From positions 9,123 to 73,122 of the forward strand of contig QZKU01000145.1 of assembly GCA_003598085.1 (NCBI GenBank): a stretch of DNA of 64,000 bases, read 5' to 3'. Both the position numbers and the translations under genes were made by a program. Within the stretch, counting starts at the first letter, position 1, and every line of letters begins with the position of its first letter. The notes below the pieces were generated by a model that was not told the DNA's origin, ran no database searches, and was given only the letters and a program-made list of their open reading frames with translations. Positions 26,891 to 35,921 of this stretch are shown in pieces. This stretch comes from Candidatus Abyssobacteria bacterium SURF_5. Lineage in GTDB: Bacteria; Abyssobacteria; SURF-5.

Positions 26891-29224
26891 ATGCGACCTG
26901 CACATATGATTGCAAACCTCGTCAGCAAGCGCCCGTGGTATATCCTCATGTTTTCCGTTCTTGTCACTCTTGTGCTCGCAGTCGGAATACCCCGCCTCAA
27001 AATGCGCCCTTTCTTCGAGGGAGATCTCCCGGCCACCGATCCCGTCCTCGTCGCCAACGAGCACTATAGCTCCATATTCGGCAAGGACGAGGTGGCTTAT
27101 CTGGCGCTGGTGAGGGATGATTCCATTTATCACGCCGACACGCTCGAAAAAATCGCCGCAATTACAGAAGAATTGAATTCGCTCGATCATGTGCTGGCCG
27201 AGCAAACGCTCAGCCTGGCCACCGCACGGAAAGTGACCTGGCGCGATTGGGGGCTCGACGTGCGAAAACACCTGTCGCCGCCGCCCGAATCGTCCGATGA
27301 CATCGAGCGCCTGCGCCAGGACGTGCGACACGATCCCGATATCTACGACCGGCTCGTTTCGAAGGACGAAAAGGCGACGCTCCTTATCATCAGGCTCCAG
27401 CCGGGCTATAACCAGCGGCAGTTGTATCGGTCGCTTCATGCAATCGCAGATGAGTATGCCGGACCCGAGCGGATTTATCCTTTCGGACACCAGGTTATGA
27501 ATGAAGAGGCGAATCTGGGAATCCTCCACGATGCCCGCGTCCTCGGTCCTGCGGCGCTGCTGCTCATGGCGGTCGGCATCTCGATTTTCTTCCGGTCGCC
27601 CCGCCTGGCGATCGGACCGGTGCTGATGGTGACCATGAGCATCGTGTGGACGATCGGCTTCATGCATTACATCCGCTTCCCCATGTCGGTGCTCAGCTCT
27701 TCGATACCTGCAATGCTGATAGCGATCGGCAGTTCTTACATGATCCACGTGATTTACAGCTACATCGAGCAGTCATCGAAGGGAAACGCGGCGGAAGCGA
27801 TGGCGCAGGGGATTCGAAAGGTGGGTCCGCCGATCCTGCTTGCAGCCGTAACCTCAATGGTCGGCTTCCTCACCTTGATCGTTTTCAAGATTCTCACCAT
27901 ACGCGAGTTTGGGGTCACGGTGGCGATCGGCGTGGGGTTTTGCGCGCTCCTCGCCCTCATGGTGCTGCCGTCGATTATTATCTTGCAGAAGAAGTCCGTT
28001 CCACCTCGATCCATTAAGAACATGGATGTTCTCGATAGATTTCTGGCGTGGATCGGGCACGTCGGGGTGAACCATCGATACCGGGTGGCGATCGCGGGGT
28101 TGGCGCTTTTGATAGTATCCGGCCTGGGCGTATCTCGCATCAAGATCGGATACGCTCCCGAGGAGATTTTCCCGGAGAATCACCCGGCGCGCACCGTCGT
28201 CTCCCTCTTCATCAACGAGTTCAACGGGCCGTACTCGATCAACGTGATGTTTTCGACTACCGAAGTCGACGGGCTGAAGTCGCCCGACGTTCTGCGGCGG
28301 ATTGACGATTTTCAGGCGTTCGCCGAGAGCCTGTCGAAGGTCAAACATTCGACCTCGATCGTCAATATCGTGAAAAAGATGAACCGCATCCTCAACGAGG
28401 ATGATCCTGCTCACGACAAGGTTCCTGAAAGCAGAGAAATGGTGGCGCAGTTGTTGCTGCTCCACTCGATGACACAGGACCCCGTGCAATTCGAGAACCT
28501 GGTGGACTACGATATTCAGCGCTGCAAAGTCGCAATTGCCACGACCGCCATCGACAGCATGCAGCTCGAAGCCATCTTTGATCGGCTTGCCGAATATTGC
28601 AGCACGCACTTCGGCGAAGATGTAACGGTCTCTTTCGGCGGACGCAGCCTGATCTGGATGGCGATGAACGATTACATCATCCGCGGCAAGATCATGAATA
28701 TCATCATGAATACCGTGCTCATCTGGATCATCTGCGCAGTCGCCTTCCGTTCGGTCCGATTTGGACTTGTCGGAATCATGCCGCTCACGCTGGCGACTCT
28801 CGCAACTTTTGGGCTGATGGGGCATCTTGGAATCAGGCTCGATACGGCCACCGCGGTTTTAACCGGCATCTCGGTTGGTGTCGGAGTTGATTTCGCCATC
28901 CATTTCATTTCTCGCCTGCGAAGCGAGGCGCGCACAGCTCAAACACTGAATGACGCGGTCGGGGTTACCGTTATCAAAAGCGGACGCGCCATCGTCTTTG
29001 ACGCTGCTTCTAATATCCTCGGGTTCATGACGTTCATCTTTTCCGGCTTTGGGCCGGTGCGCAACCTGGGCATCCTGATGTGCTTCACCATGGTGGCGTG
29101 CCTCCTGCTCACCCTCCTCCTTATTCCAACCCTCCTTGCGCTCTTCCCGATACCGTTCCGCCGTTTACGGGAAGAAACGCTCTTTCTCCGGCCCGTCTCC
29201 GTCGAAGCAACACGGCCTGATTGA
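26891..29224 (+). CDS. MMPL/RND family transporter
   Basis: Two repeats of TM1 + large soluble loop + 5 TM; IREFG and GVGVDFAIH motifs; 777 aa. Confidence 0.88.
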   Translation: MRPAHMIANLVSKRPWYILMFSVLVTLVLAVGIPRLKMRPFFEGDLPATDPVLVANEHYSSIFGKDEVAYLALVRDDSIYHADTLEKIAAITEELNSLDHVLAEQTLSLATARKVTWRDWGLDVRKHLSPPPESSDDIERLRQDVRHDPDIYDRLVSKDEKATLLIIRLQPGYNQRQLYRSLHAIADEYAGPERIYPFGHQVMNEEANLGILHDARVLGPAALLLMAVGISIFFRSPRLAIGPVLMVTMSIVWTIGFMHYIRFPMSVLSSSIPAMLIAIGSSYMIHVIYSYIEQSSKGNAAEAMAQGIRKVGPPILLAAVTSMVGFLTLIVFKILTIREFGVTVAIGVGFCALLALMVLPSIIILQKKSVPPRSIKNMDVLDRFLAWIGHVGVNHRYRVAIAGLALLIVSGLGVSRIKIGYAPEEIFPENHPARTVVSLFINEFNGPYSINVMFSTTEVDGLKSPDVLRRIDDFQAFAESLSKVKHSTSIVNIVKKMNRILNEDDPAHDKVPESREMVAQLLLLHSMTQDPVQFENLVDYDIQRCKVAIATTAIDSMQLEAIFDRLAEYCSTHFGEDVTVSFGGRSLIWMAMNDYIIRGKIMNIIMNTVLIWIICAVAFRSVRFGLVGIMPLTLATLATFGLMGHLGIRLDTATAVLTGISVGVGVDFAIHFISRLRSEARTAQTLNDAVGVTVIKSGRAIVFDAASNILGFMTFIFSGFGPVRNLGILMCFTMVACLLLTLLLIPTLLALFPIPFRRLREETLFLRPVSVEATRPD

Positions 29225-29325
29225 TTGTTCTACAGCTATTGCGGAATTGGATCAAGATCTTCCTGAAAAGTACGGGTATGAAGGGGCGTGCGGGAGAGTG
29301 CTATCTCCAGATGGCGGAATGAAAT

Positions 29326-30426
29326 CTAAGATATGTTTTGACTGCCGATCCTTTTACCCGTGCCTTCCTCGAACAGGAGCAGCTTATCTTGTGGAATCGA
29401 ATAGGCAACGCGACTGCCCGGCGCCAAATCCAGGAACCCGAGCGACCTCGCGCAAAAGCTAATGCTCCCATCTTCGAGGTGAATGACTGTCTCGCCGGCC
29501 ATTGGTTCTATCAAATGCACCAGCGCCGTCCCTGACAACGAAGCATTTTCTCCGGCGTTGCCAAGCAAAACATCTTCCGGCCGGAAGGCAAGACTGATGC
29601 GAGGCGGCACCGGCGAAACGTCCAATTGGAACTTCTTTCCTTCGTCATTTCCGCAGACAAGCTCGGTGCGGCCGTTCTTCATTTCGGCGCGGCACTCGAC
29701 GAAATTGATCGGCGGGGTTCCCAGAAAGCCGGCAACAAACAGGTTCCCGGGGCGGCAGTACAAATCGGACGGCGTCCCCACTTGTTCCAGCACGCCCGCT
29801 CGCAAAATTGCGACGCGCCGCCCGATGAGCATGGCCTCGTGCTGGTCGTGCGTAACATAAACGACTGTCGCTCCGAGCGCGTCATGAATCTGCTTGATCT
29901 CCTGGCGCAGCTGCACCCGCAGGGCCGGATCGAGATTGCTCAGCGGCTCATCGAAAAGAAACACCTTCGGCTTTCGCACCAGCGCCCGTCCGAGCGCCAC
30001 CCGCTGGCGCTGGCCGCCCGATAATTCTTTTGGTTTGCGTTCGAGCAGCCCATCGATCCCCAGCATCCGCGCGGTCTCCAGAACACGGGCCTGAATCTCG
30101 CTCTTGGGAACGCGGCGCATTTTCAGGCCGAACCCGAGATTTTGCGCAACGTTGAAGTGCGGGTACAGCGCGTAGTCCTGGAACACCATCGCGATGTCGC
30201 GCTCGCGCGGCGGCGTGTGCGTTGCCGGTTTTCCGCCGATAAAGATTTCGCCTGAACTCGGTTTGTCGAGGCCGGCGATCAGGCGCAATATCGTGGATTT
30301 TCCGCTGCCCGACGGCCCAAGAATGACCAACAGTTCGCCCTCATCGACTTCAAGACAGACTCTGTCGAGGGCGACAACTTTATTATCGAACACTTTGGTC
30401 AGACTTTTTAGCACCAGCGCAGACAT
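29326..30426 (-). CDS. Carbohydrate ABC importer ATP-binding subunit (MalK/UgpC family)
   Basis: GPSGSGKST, VFQDYALYPH, LSGGQRQR, FDEPLSNLD, YVTHDQ, C-terminal TOBE-like region. Confidence 0.92.
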   Translation of the reverse strand: MSALVLKSLTKVFDNKVVALDRVCLEVDEGELLVILGPSGSGKSTILRLIAGLDKPSSGEIFIGGKPATHTPPRERDIAMVFQDYALYPHFNVAQNLGFGLKMRRVPKSEIQARVLETARMLGIDGLLERKPKELSGGQRQRVALGRALVRKPKVFLFDEPLSNLDPALRVQLRQEIKQIHDALGATVVYVTHDQHEAMLIGRRVAILRAGVLEQVGTPSDLYCRPGNLFVAGFLGTPPINFVECRAEMKNGRTELVCGNDEGKKFQLDVSPVPPRISLAFRPEDVLLGNAGENASLSGTALVHLIEPMAGETVIHLEDGSISFCARSLGFLDLAPGSRVAYSIPQDKLLLFEEGTGKRIGSQNIS

Positions 30427-30430
30427 CGAT

Positions 30431-30949
30431 TCATCCCATCAATTCCGAAATCTTTTTGTTCAGCTTCCGCCGGCGGCGCACGTTTGAGCCGAGAAGAACA
30501 GTCCACCGCAACACGTAGTAAGCGACGATTCCCAGAAACGCGCCATAGAGCGCTCCCCACATGATGTCCGGCGTCGCGCCCACGAGCGCGCCCGTCACCT
30601 TGAAGGCGGTATTCGCATCATCGACTCGCTTCGACAGGTCCTCGCCGAGCACGATCCTGAGGGAATCGCCCAACCGCTGCTCTTCGCCGATCAGCGGATA
30701 TAACGCCTTTGCGGCCTGATATTCAGCGCCGGCTATCAAGCCTATGAAGGGCGCTCCATAGCGCAGGACGAATCCGCTCGCTCCCGAAAACAGCCTGCCG
30801 GCCAACGAGCGCCTCCGCAATGGACCGTAGCGGCGGGCCATCTCACGCACCTCGTCACGGTCGATTGTGGCAGGAAGATAATCAAGCTCCCGGTCGAGCA
30901 ACTGGTTCCGCGCAATGTTCCGCTTCAATCGCTTTCCAACCGTCCCCAT
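30431..30949 (-). CDS. Hypothetical membrane protein (two hydrophobic segments)
   Basis: RBS GGAGGGAG, own promoter, stop 4 nt before the MalK start. Confidence 0.7.
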   Translation of the reverse strand: MGTVGKRLKRNIARNQLLDRELDYLPATIDRDEVREMARRYGPLRRRSLAGRLFSGASGFVLRYGAPFIGLIAGAEYQAAKALYPLIGEEQRLGDSLRIVLGEDLSKRVDDANTAFKVTGALVGATPDIMWGALYGAFLGIVAYYVLRWTVLLGSNVRRRRKLNKKISELMG

Positions 30950-31001
30950 TACTTCTCCCTCCGATCAAAGATGCAGCGGCCTTTGGAGGATCTCTCTAGT
31001 T

Positions 31002-31030
31002 ATGGTAGTTTAACCGACCGCTTCTGTCAA
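31002..31030 (-). promoter_or_regulatory. sigma70-type promoter for the 30949 gene and MalK-like gene
   Basis: Minus strand TTGACA-N17-TACCAT. Confidence 0.55.
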
Positions 31031-31066
31031 CCCGCTCAGCCAGAGCGATCCGGGCACCTGCGATTC

Positions 31067-31096
31067 TTGACTTGTCGCCTCCGCCGACTTTATAGT
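31067..31096 (+). promoter_or_regulatory. sigma70-type promoter for the enoyl-CoA hydratase gene
   Basis: TTGACT-N18-TATAGT, divergent from the previous promoter. Confidence 0.55.
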
Positions 31097-31142
31097 GACA
31101 GTGAATTTGTCCAACGGTCGCGATGAGAACTGCCCAATGCAG

Positions 31143-31230
31143 TGGGGACTGACACCACATACGGAAGTGCGAAGGGACCGGCTCCGGGAAGTGATGCCTT
31201 TTTGAATTCGCAGGATGGCGCCTGTCCCCA
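31143..31230. repeat. Imperfect 15-bp inverted repeat (REP/MITE-like)
   Basis: TGGGGACTGACACCA (31143-31157) and TGGCGCCTGTCCCCA (31216-31230); 12/15 complementary. Confidence 0.5.
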
Positions 31231-31324
31231 AAGCAAGAACAGCCGTCCAACCGTCGGACAGTCTCGCAGTCACACTTCGGCGGATTAACGAGGCGCATCA
31301 GACAGAGAGGAAAGGAGCGGCTAC

Positions 31325-32059
31325 ATGGACTACAGCCATTACAAGGATATTGCCGTCGAGCGCAAAGGCCGGATTTTGTCGTTGACCCTGAATCGACCCG
31401 AAAGTCTTAACGCCGTTACGCCCGCCATGCATGCGGAGCTTGCCGCTATTTTCAGCGACATTCGAAAGGACGATGAGGCTGACGTGGTGACGCTGACCGG
31501 CGCGGGCAGGGGCTTTTGCGCAGGAGCCGATCTGAAGCATCCGATCCCCGACAAGGAAACCGCCGACCGGATATTCGTTGAAGGAAAGGAAATCATTCTG
31601 AATATCCTCGAGATCGACAAGCCGATCATCACCGGCGTGAACGGCCCGGCGGCCGGCCTCGGCGCCACGCTTGCCGTGTTCGGCGATATCGTCATAGCGT
31701 CTGATCGCGCCCGCATCGGCGACACGCACGTGAAAGTCGGGCTGGCAGCCGGTGACGGAGGCGCCGTCATCTGGCCGATTCTGGTCGGCGTGAACAAAGC
31801 GAAGGAGCTGCTGATGACCGGCGAGGTGATCGACGCTCAGGAAGCCCTGCGGATCGGGCTCGTCAATCATGTGGTTCCGCACGAGAAACTGAATGAGACC
31901 GTCATGGAGATGGCGCAACGGCTCGCTTCCGGCGATACCATGGCCATCCGTAACACCAAGAAAGCGGTCAACCTGTACGTGAAATGGATGATGAACCAGG
32001 TATTCGAGTATTCGCTCCTTCTGGAATACCAATGCGCAATGAGAGTTTTCGGGCGCTGA
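31325..32059 (+). CDS. Enoyl-CoA hydratase/isomerase (crotonase) family protein
   Basis: LNRPESLNA, FCAGADL, KPIITGVNGPAAGLG, GDTHVKVGLAAGDG, GLVNHVV. Confidence 0.92.
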   Translation: MDYSHYKDIAVERKGRILSLTLNRPESLNAVTPAMHAELAAIFSDIRKDDEADVVTLTGAGRGFCAGADLKHPIPDKETADRIFVEGKEIILNILEIDKPIITGVNGPAAGLGATLAVFGDIVIASDRARIGDTHVKVGLAAGDGGAVIWPILVGVNKAKELLMTGEVIDAQEALRIGLVNHVVPHEKLNETVMEMAQRLASGDTMAIRNTKKAVNLYVKWMMNQVFEYSLLLEYQCAMRVFGR

Positions 32060-32063
32060 ACTG

Positions 32064-33014
32064 CTATTCGTGCGTTACGCTCGATTTGACCTGGTAATAA
32101 AGAACTCCATCCCGAAGGACTTGGTGCAGGAGATTTTCTTCGAGGAGTTTCTGCAGATGTTTCACTGCTTCATTTCGGTGAATTCCGAGCCCTTTCGAGA
32201 TGTCTTCGAGCGTGCATGGACGGCGTCGCAACAGAGCAAGCACTTCCTCAGTCACCCTTTGCTGCTCCGGCTCGGCCGGATGCCGGCCATATGGCGTTAT
32301 TACCTCAGCATTCTCAAAAAAATCGCAGATACGCGCCATTTCAGCGTCGGGCACCCTCTCGGCCCAGCCTTCCGCGGGCGGACGGATCACCGTGTTCAGT
32401 TGGAGCTTGTCCGCAACAATTCGCTCCGCACATTTTTTTATTCGATCAAGGGCGGGTGCGGACGTGTTGATGTTATTGACCAGAAACACTTCAAGCCATA
32501 GTTGTCCGGAATATTCCTTTCGGAAGAGAGAAAGTCCTTCAACGACCTGATCGAATTTCAATTCGGGAGCGGGCCGATTGATCTTCTGGAAAAGAGCTTC
32601 GTCGCCCGCATCGAGCGAGGGCACCACAAGGTCGGCCGGCAGAAGGTCCGCCCGCACCGCCTCATCCCATAAGAGCGATCCGTTCGTGAGGACGGCAACA
32701 GGAATCGCGCTCTTGTGCTTGATCGCTTTGATGAGCTTGCCGATTTCCGAGTGAAGCGTCGGTTCTCCCGAACCCGAAAGCGTTATATAGTCCGGCCGCT
32801 CGCCTCCTTCAAGCTTCCGCCAGAGCTGGCTCAAGATGTCCGAAAGCGGAACGTATTCTTTACGAGCAATGGTTCGACAAGTTGTCCGGCCTAGCTGACA
32901 GTATATGCAATCGAAGCTGCATGTCTTGAAGGGAACCAGATCAAGCCCCAGAGAGCGCCCCAACCGCCTCGAGGGAACCGGCCCAAAAACGTACCTGCAG
33001 TTTGGCTTCGTCAT
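32064..33014 (-). CDS. Radical SAM protein (GPVPSRRLG family)
   Basis: YVFGPVPSRRLGRSLG, CSFDCIYC (CxxxCxxC), GSGEPTL. ATG 33014 after GGAGAGAG. Confidence 0.9.
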   Translation of the reverse strand: MTKPNCRYVFGPVPSRRLGRSLGLDLVPFKTCSFDCIYCQLGRTTCRTIARKEYVPLSDILSQLWRKLEGGERPDYITLSGSGEPTLHSEIGKLIKAIKHKSAIPVAVLTNGSLLWDEAVRADLLPADLVVPSLDAGDEALFQKINRPAPELKFDQVVEGLSLFRKEYSGQLWLEVFLVNNINTSAPALDRIKKCAERIVADKLQLNTVIRPPAEGWAERVPDAEMARICDFFENAEVITPYGRHPAEPEQQRVTEEVLALLRRRPCTLEDISKGLGIHRNEAVKHLQKLLEENLLHQVLRDGVLYYQVKSSVTHE

Positions 33015-33113
33015 CTCTCTCCGTAGTTGGGTGACCACCGACTATGAAATGGCCGCCTGAGCACAAGCGGCGCCCTCACCAGCCGGTTGGCTTCGCCAAC
33101 CCTGCCCCCTCGC

Positions 33114-33314
33114 TTACTGCTCCCTCGCCATAACCGAGCCGCACTTCGGACATTTGACCTGATAGCATGGCACTCCCCGCTCGTGAGTCGCTTTATGGCC
33201 GCAGTTGGGGCACACGCAATTGCCGCCGGGTCCCAGCCGGAAACCGCCGCCTCTTCCCATCCCGCCGCCCATCCCGCCGCCGCCTCCGCGGCGTCCCGAA
33301 CCTGTTCCAGTCAT
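33114..33314 (-). CDS. Small Gly-rich, Cys-rich putative metal-binding protein
   Basis: GRRGGGGGMGGGMGRGGG followed by CVCPNCG...PC...CPKCG; strong RBS GAGGAGG. Confidence 0.8.
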   Translation of the reverse strand: MTGTGSGRRGGGGGMGGGMGRGGGFRLGPGGNCVCPNCGHKATHERGVPCYQVKCPKCGSVMAREQ

Positions 33315-33456
33315 CTCAGTTCCTCCTCGCATACTTGGGTAACCCAAATGCTTGTTTAAAAGTTGCCGAGGCGTCCCTATATCAGCTTAACCTTCCCATC
33401 CAAAATTGAATAACGCCTCAGTCCGGCACATCGTTCTCCACTCACTCTCGTTCTGA

Positions 33457-33471
33457 GCATCAATAATGCCA
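33457..33471 (-). promoter_or_regulatory. sigma54 (-24/-12) promoter
   Basis: Minus strand TGGCAT-TATTG-ATGC, about 140 nt upstream of the 33314 start. Confidence 0.55.
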
Positions 33472-33865
33472 ACGAAAAAGACTCTCCGCTTGCCAAGTCG
33501 CAAGGCATTGACAACACGTGCTTTAAATCCTTGCCTGTTGAGCTTTTGTCAACGCCACGAGGAATGGGGATTGCAGCCGCGCAAAACAATGTCTCTTCTC
33601 AATTGCACTCTTGCAAAAGAATTGGGCGATCTCGCTCACAACGAACTGCGGGAATGTATCCGTGCGGATATGTAGAGGATATGGATTGGATGGTGCGGAA
33701 CAACGCGCTCGATATATTTTCCACCGCATTGGCGGCCGTATGATCATAAAACGAGCAGGATTGTCCATCGGAAACGTCTCTTCCGTTGATTCGGGTGGAG
33801 CGACCACCGATAGGGGAAGCCTCTATCGCGCGCGTGTTTCGCTGTCAGCGCAGGACGAATAAAGT

Positions 33866-34258
33866 TTAGGAAGCCTCCTCACGAGGACATGCCAGCGCTT
33901 CCTCTACCGCCGCGAGAAATTTATCCGGATCGACGGGCTTATCAAACACCGCGGCCGGTTTTCTGACGGCGAGGTCGCGCCCGGCAAGGCCGCTGACCAC
34001 GATGATGGGCGTATGCTTCAGCTCCTTGTCTCTGGATAACTTGCGCGCGAAATCCGTGCCGGTCCTCTTCGGCATCAGAAGGTCGAGAATCACAAGATCC
34101 GGCTTTTCGCGGCGAGCCGCTTCGTAGGCCTCCTCCACGTTGTACGTCGGAATCGGTTGGTAGCCGTTCTTTCGCAAGAGCGTCTCGAAGAAGACCACTA
34201 CGTGTTTCTCGTCATCCAGAATCAGAATCTTCTTCTTTTCTTGATCGCCGTTCTTCAT
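33866..34258 (-). CDS. Single-domain response regulator (REC)
   Basis: ILDDE, ILDLLMPKRTG, VSG, DKP; no output domain. Confidence 0.9.
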   Translation of the reverse strand: MKNGDQEKKKILILDDEKHVVVFFETLLRKNGYQPIPTYNVEEAYEAARREKPDLVILDLLMPKRTGTDFARKLSRDKELKHTPIIVVSGLAGRDLAVRKPAAVFDKPVDPDKFLAAVEEALACPREEAS

Positions 34259-34414
34259 TCGTTTATCCTTTCGTATGACCGGCAGCTCAGACCGGTTGAT
34301 GCCGAGTGATGATCTTTTGTCATGTTGCTCCTCCTCGAAGCCTTCCTTTCGCTGATCTCATGCCGATTCGTTTGCGATTGGGCGCACGGCGGAAATCCCG
34401 CCAGTTCTTGGATG

Positions 34415-35404
34415 TCACACTTCTTTCAGAATATCGTTTATGTAGTACTTGGAGTACAGAGCGCTCACCGGATTGTTTGCGAGCGACTTGTCTTTTACGA
34501 ACAGGGTGGACATGGGCGCCTCGCTGTATCGCGCGAAAATGCAGTCGCATCCCACGCACAGTCCCACCGCCGCGTTGATATCCGTCTTCAGGCTGTTCAG
34601 TACGCGCGCCTGCCCGATCGGATTGCAGCACATCCCTTCGACGGCCGTTATGGCATCATGCTGCGTCTGCCCCCCGATTCTGCAGCACACAGTGCTCACC
34701 TTGAAAAAGCGCCGGAGCAGGCGCGTGAGTATCTCGACTTCCTGAAACATCTCCACGCAGAAAGCGATCCCGATATGTTTGTATTCCATGCCGAGGCAGT
34801 AATAAATAAACTCGGCAATGCGACACAGCTTCCTGTCTGTCTCCGCGGATATATCCGCAGTGACTTCCATCGAATGCCGAAGGTCAGAGTACTCGTCCGC
34901 CAAGAAAAGGTCCTTCGTGTCATTCGTGCAACTCTTGTTCTCCATGCACGGACGATCGATACATTCCACACAATCGATCCTGTCCTTCTTCTGCGCGGAT
35001 TCTTCTACCGGCTCCCTGTCGAGCAGGATCGCCCTCACGCTCGAAGCAAGCGCGCCGGCCTGGTTCGATAATCCGAACCCTGTCTCCAAACGGCCGCTGA
35101 GAAGGGCGGAAAGGATATCCTCTACTTCAGCCGCCACGTTGTAAATGACTCTTATCCCGAATGAATCCGCCCTCTCGATAAAATCCTCTTCTATTGCGCC
35201 GCAGATGAAGAGATCGATGCGCAGATTTACCAGTTGCGCGAGCCGTTCTTCATCACTCATGCCGCCTGTATCTATGATTTTCCTCGAGACCACTTCATTG
35301 TCTTTAATGCTGACGAGCAACATCTGGTCCGAATAGATACACCGGGGAGATACCCGCGTGCCGAATAAGGGGATTGCAACTCTCACAATCTGGTTCCTGT
35401 TCAT
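34415..35404 (-). CDS. NifB/NifX-like domain fused to a DUF1847-like Cys-rich domain
   Basis: N-terminus VAIP...RVSPR...DLFICGAI. C-terminus IGIAFC, VCCRIGG, CNPIGQA, GLCVGCD, FVKDK. Confidence 0.75.
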   Translation of the reverse strand: MNRNQIVRVAIPLFGTRVSPRCIYSDQMLLVSIKDNEVVSRKIIDTGGMSDEERLAQLVNLRIDLFICGAIEEDFIERADSFGIRVIYNVAAEVEDILSALLSGRLETGFGLSNQAGALASSVRAILLDREPVEESAQKKDRIDCVECIDRPCMENKSCTNDTKDLFLADEYSDLRHSMEVTADISAETDRKLCRIAEFIYYCLGMEYKHIGIAFCVEMFQEVEILTRLLRRFFKVSTVCCRIGGQTQHDAITAVEGMCCNPIGQARVLNSLKTDINAAVGLCVGCDCIFARYSEAPMSTLFVKDKSLANNPVSALYSKYYINDILKEV

Positions 35405-35501
35405 TCCCTCAGCGCGCGAAGCGCATGTCCTCCAACCGAATGAATTGCCGGCGCACTCGCTCTTCTCTTGCCCGCCGGAATTCCTTCCAAAAACAATTCG
35501 G

Positions 35502-35516
35502 GCAATAACTGTGCCA
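35502..35516 (-). promoter_or_regulatory. sigma54 promoter for the NifX-DUF1847 gene
   Basis: Minus strand TGGCAC-AGTTA-TTGC, a perfect consensus. Confidence 0.75.
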
Positions 35517-35807
35517 AACCCCCGCGCCGTTGTTTCCGTCGCGGACGGAGCGGCAACATGCCCCCTTTATCGACGTTCACTGCATCTTCTCCGCAAAAAG
35601 CGGAGCGCTCGGGGACGCCGCCGGTGTTACATCGGGTGCTGCATGCAGCGCTGCACCGCAATAGTTCTTGATCGCGCGCTGCCCGCCCGCCCGTAAGACT
35701 GCGGCAACCCGTAAGCCGCCTTCGAAAAATTTTCTTTAGCGGAGCGACAGCCAGTGTCGATGTATTCCGCGGCATGACCTGCCGCGGCCGTGCGGAGCAT
35801 TTGACGG

Positions 35808-35822
35808 TGGCATAGTTTTTGC
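35808..35822 (+). promoter_or_regulatory. sigma54 promoter for the hdr cluster
   Basis: TGGCAT-AGTTT-TTGC, 100 nt upstream of the 35922 start. Confidence 0.75.
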
Positions 35823-35921
35823 CCAACTAAAAGACGGTGGTGGCATCCGACGCCATGAGGAAACGGCGAGCGAGCATTGAGCCGCCCCGCAAATGGAGCT
35901 TGAGAACAGGAGGTTCTTCAT

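Noticed and set aside
33523..33862. Short ORFs between the Cys-rich microprotein and the response regulator
   Set aside because: No RBS or motifs; the region is more plausibly the enhancer zone of the sigma54 promoter at 33457.
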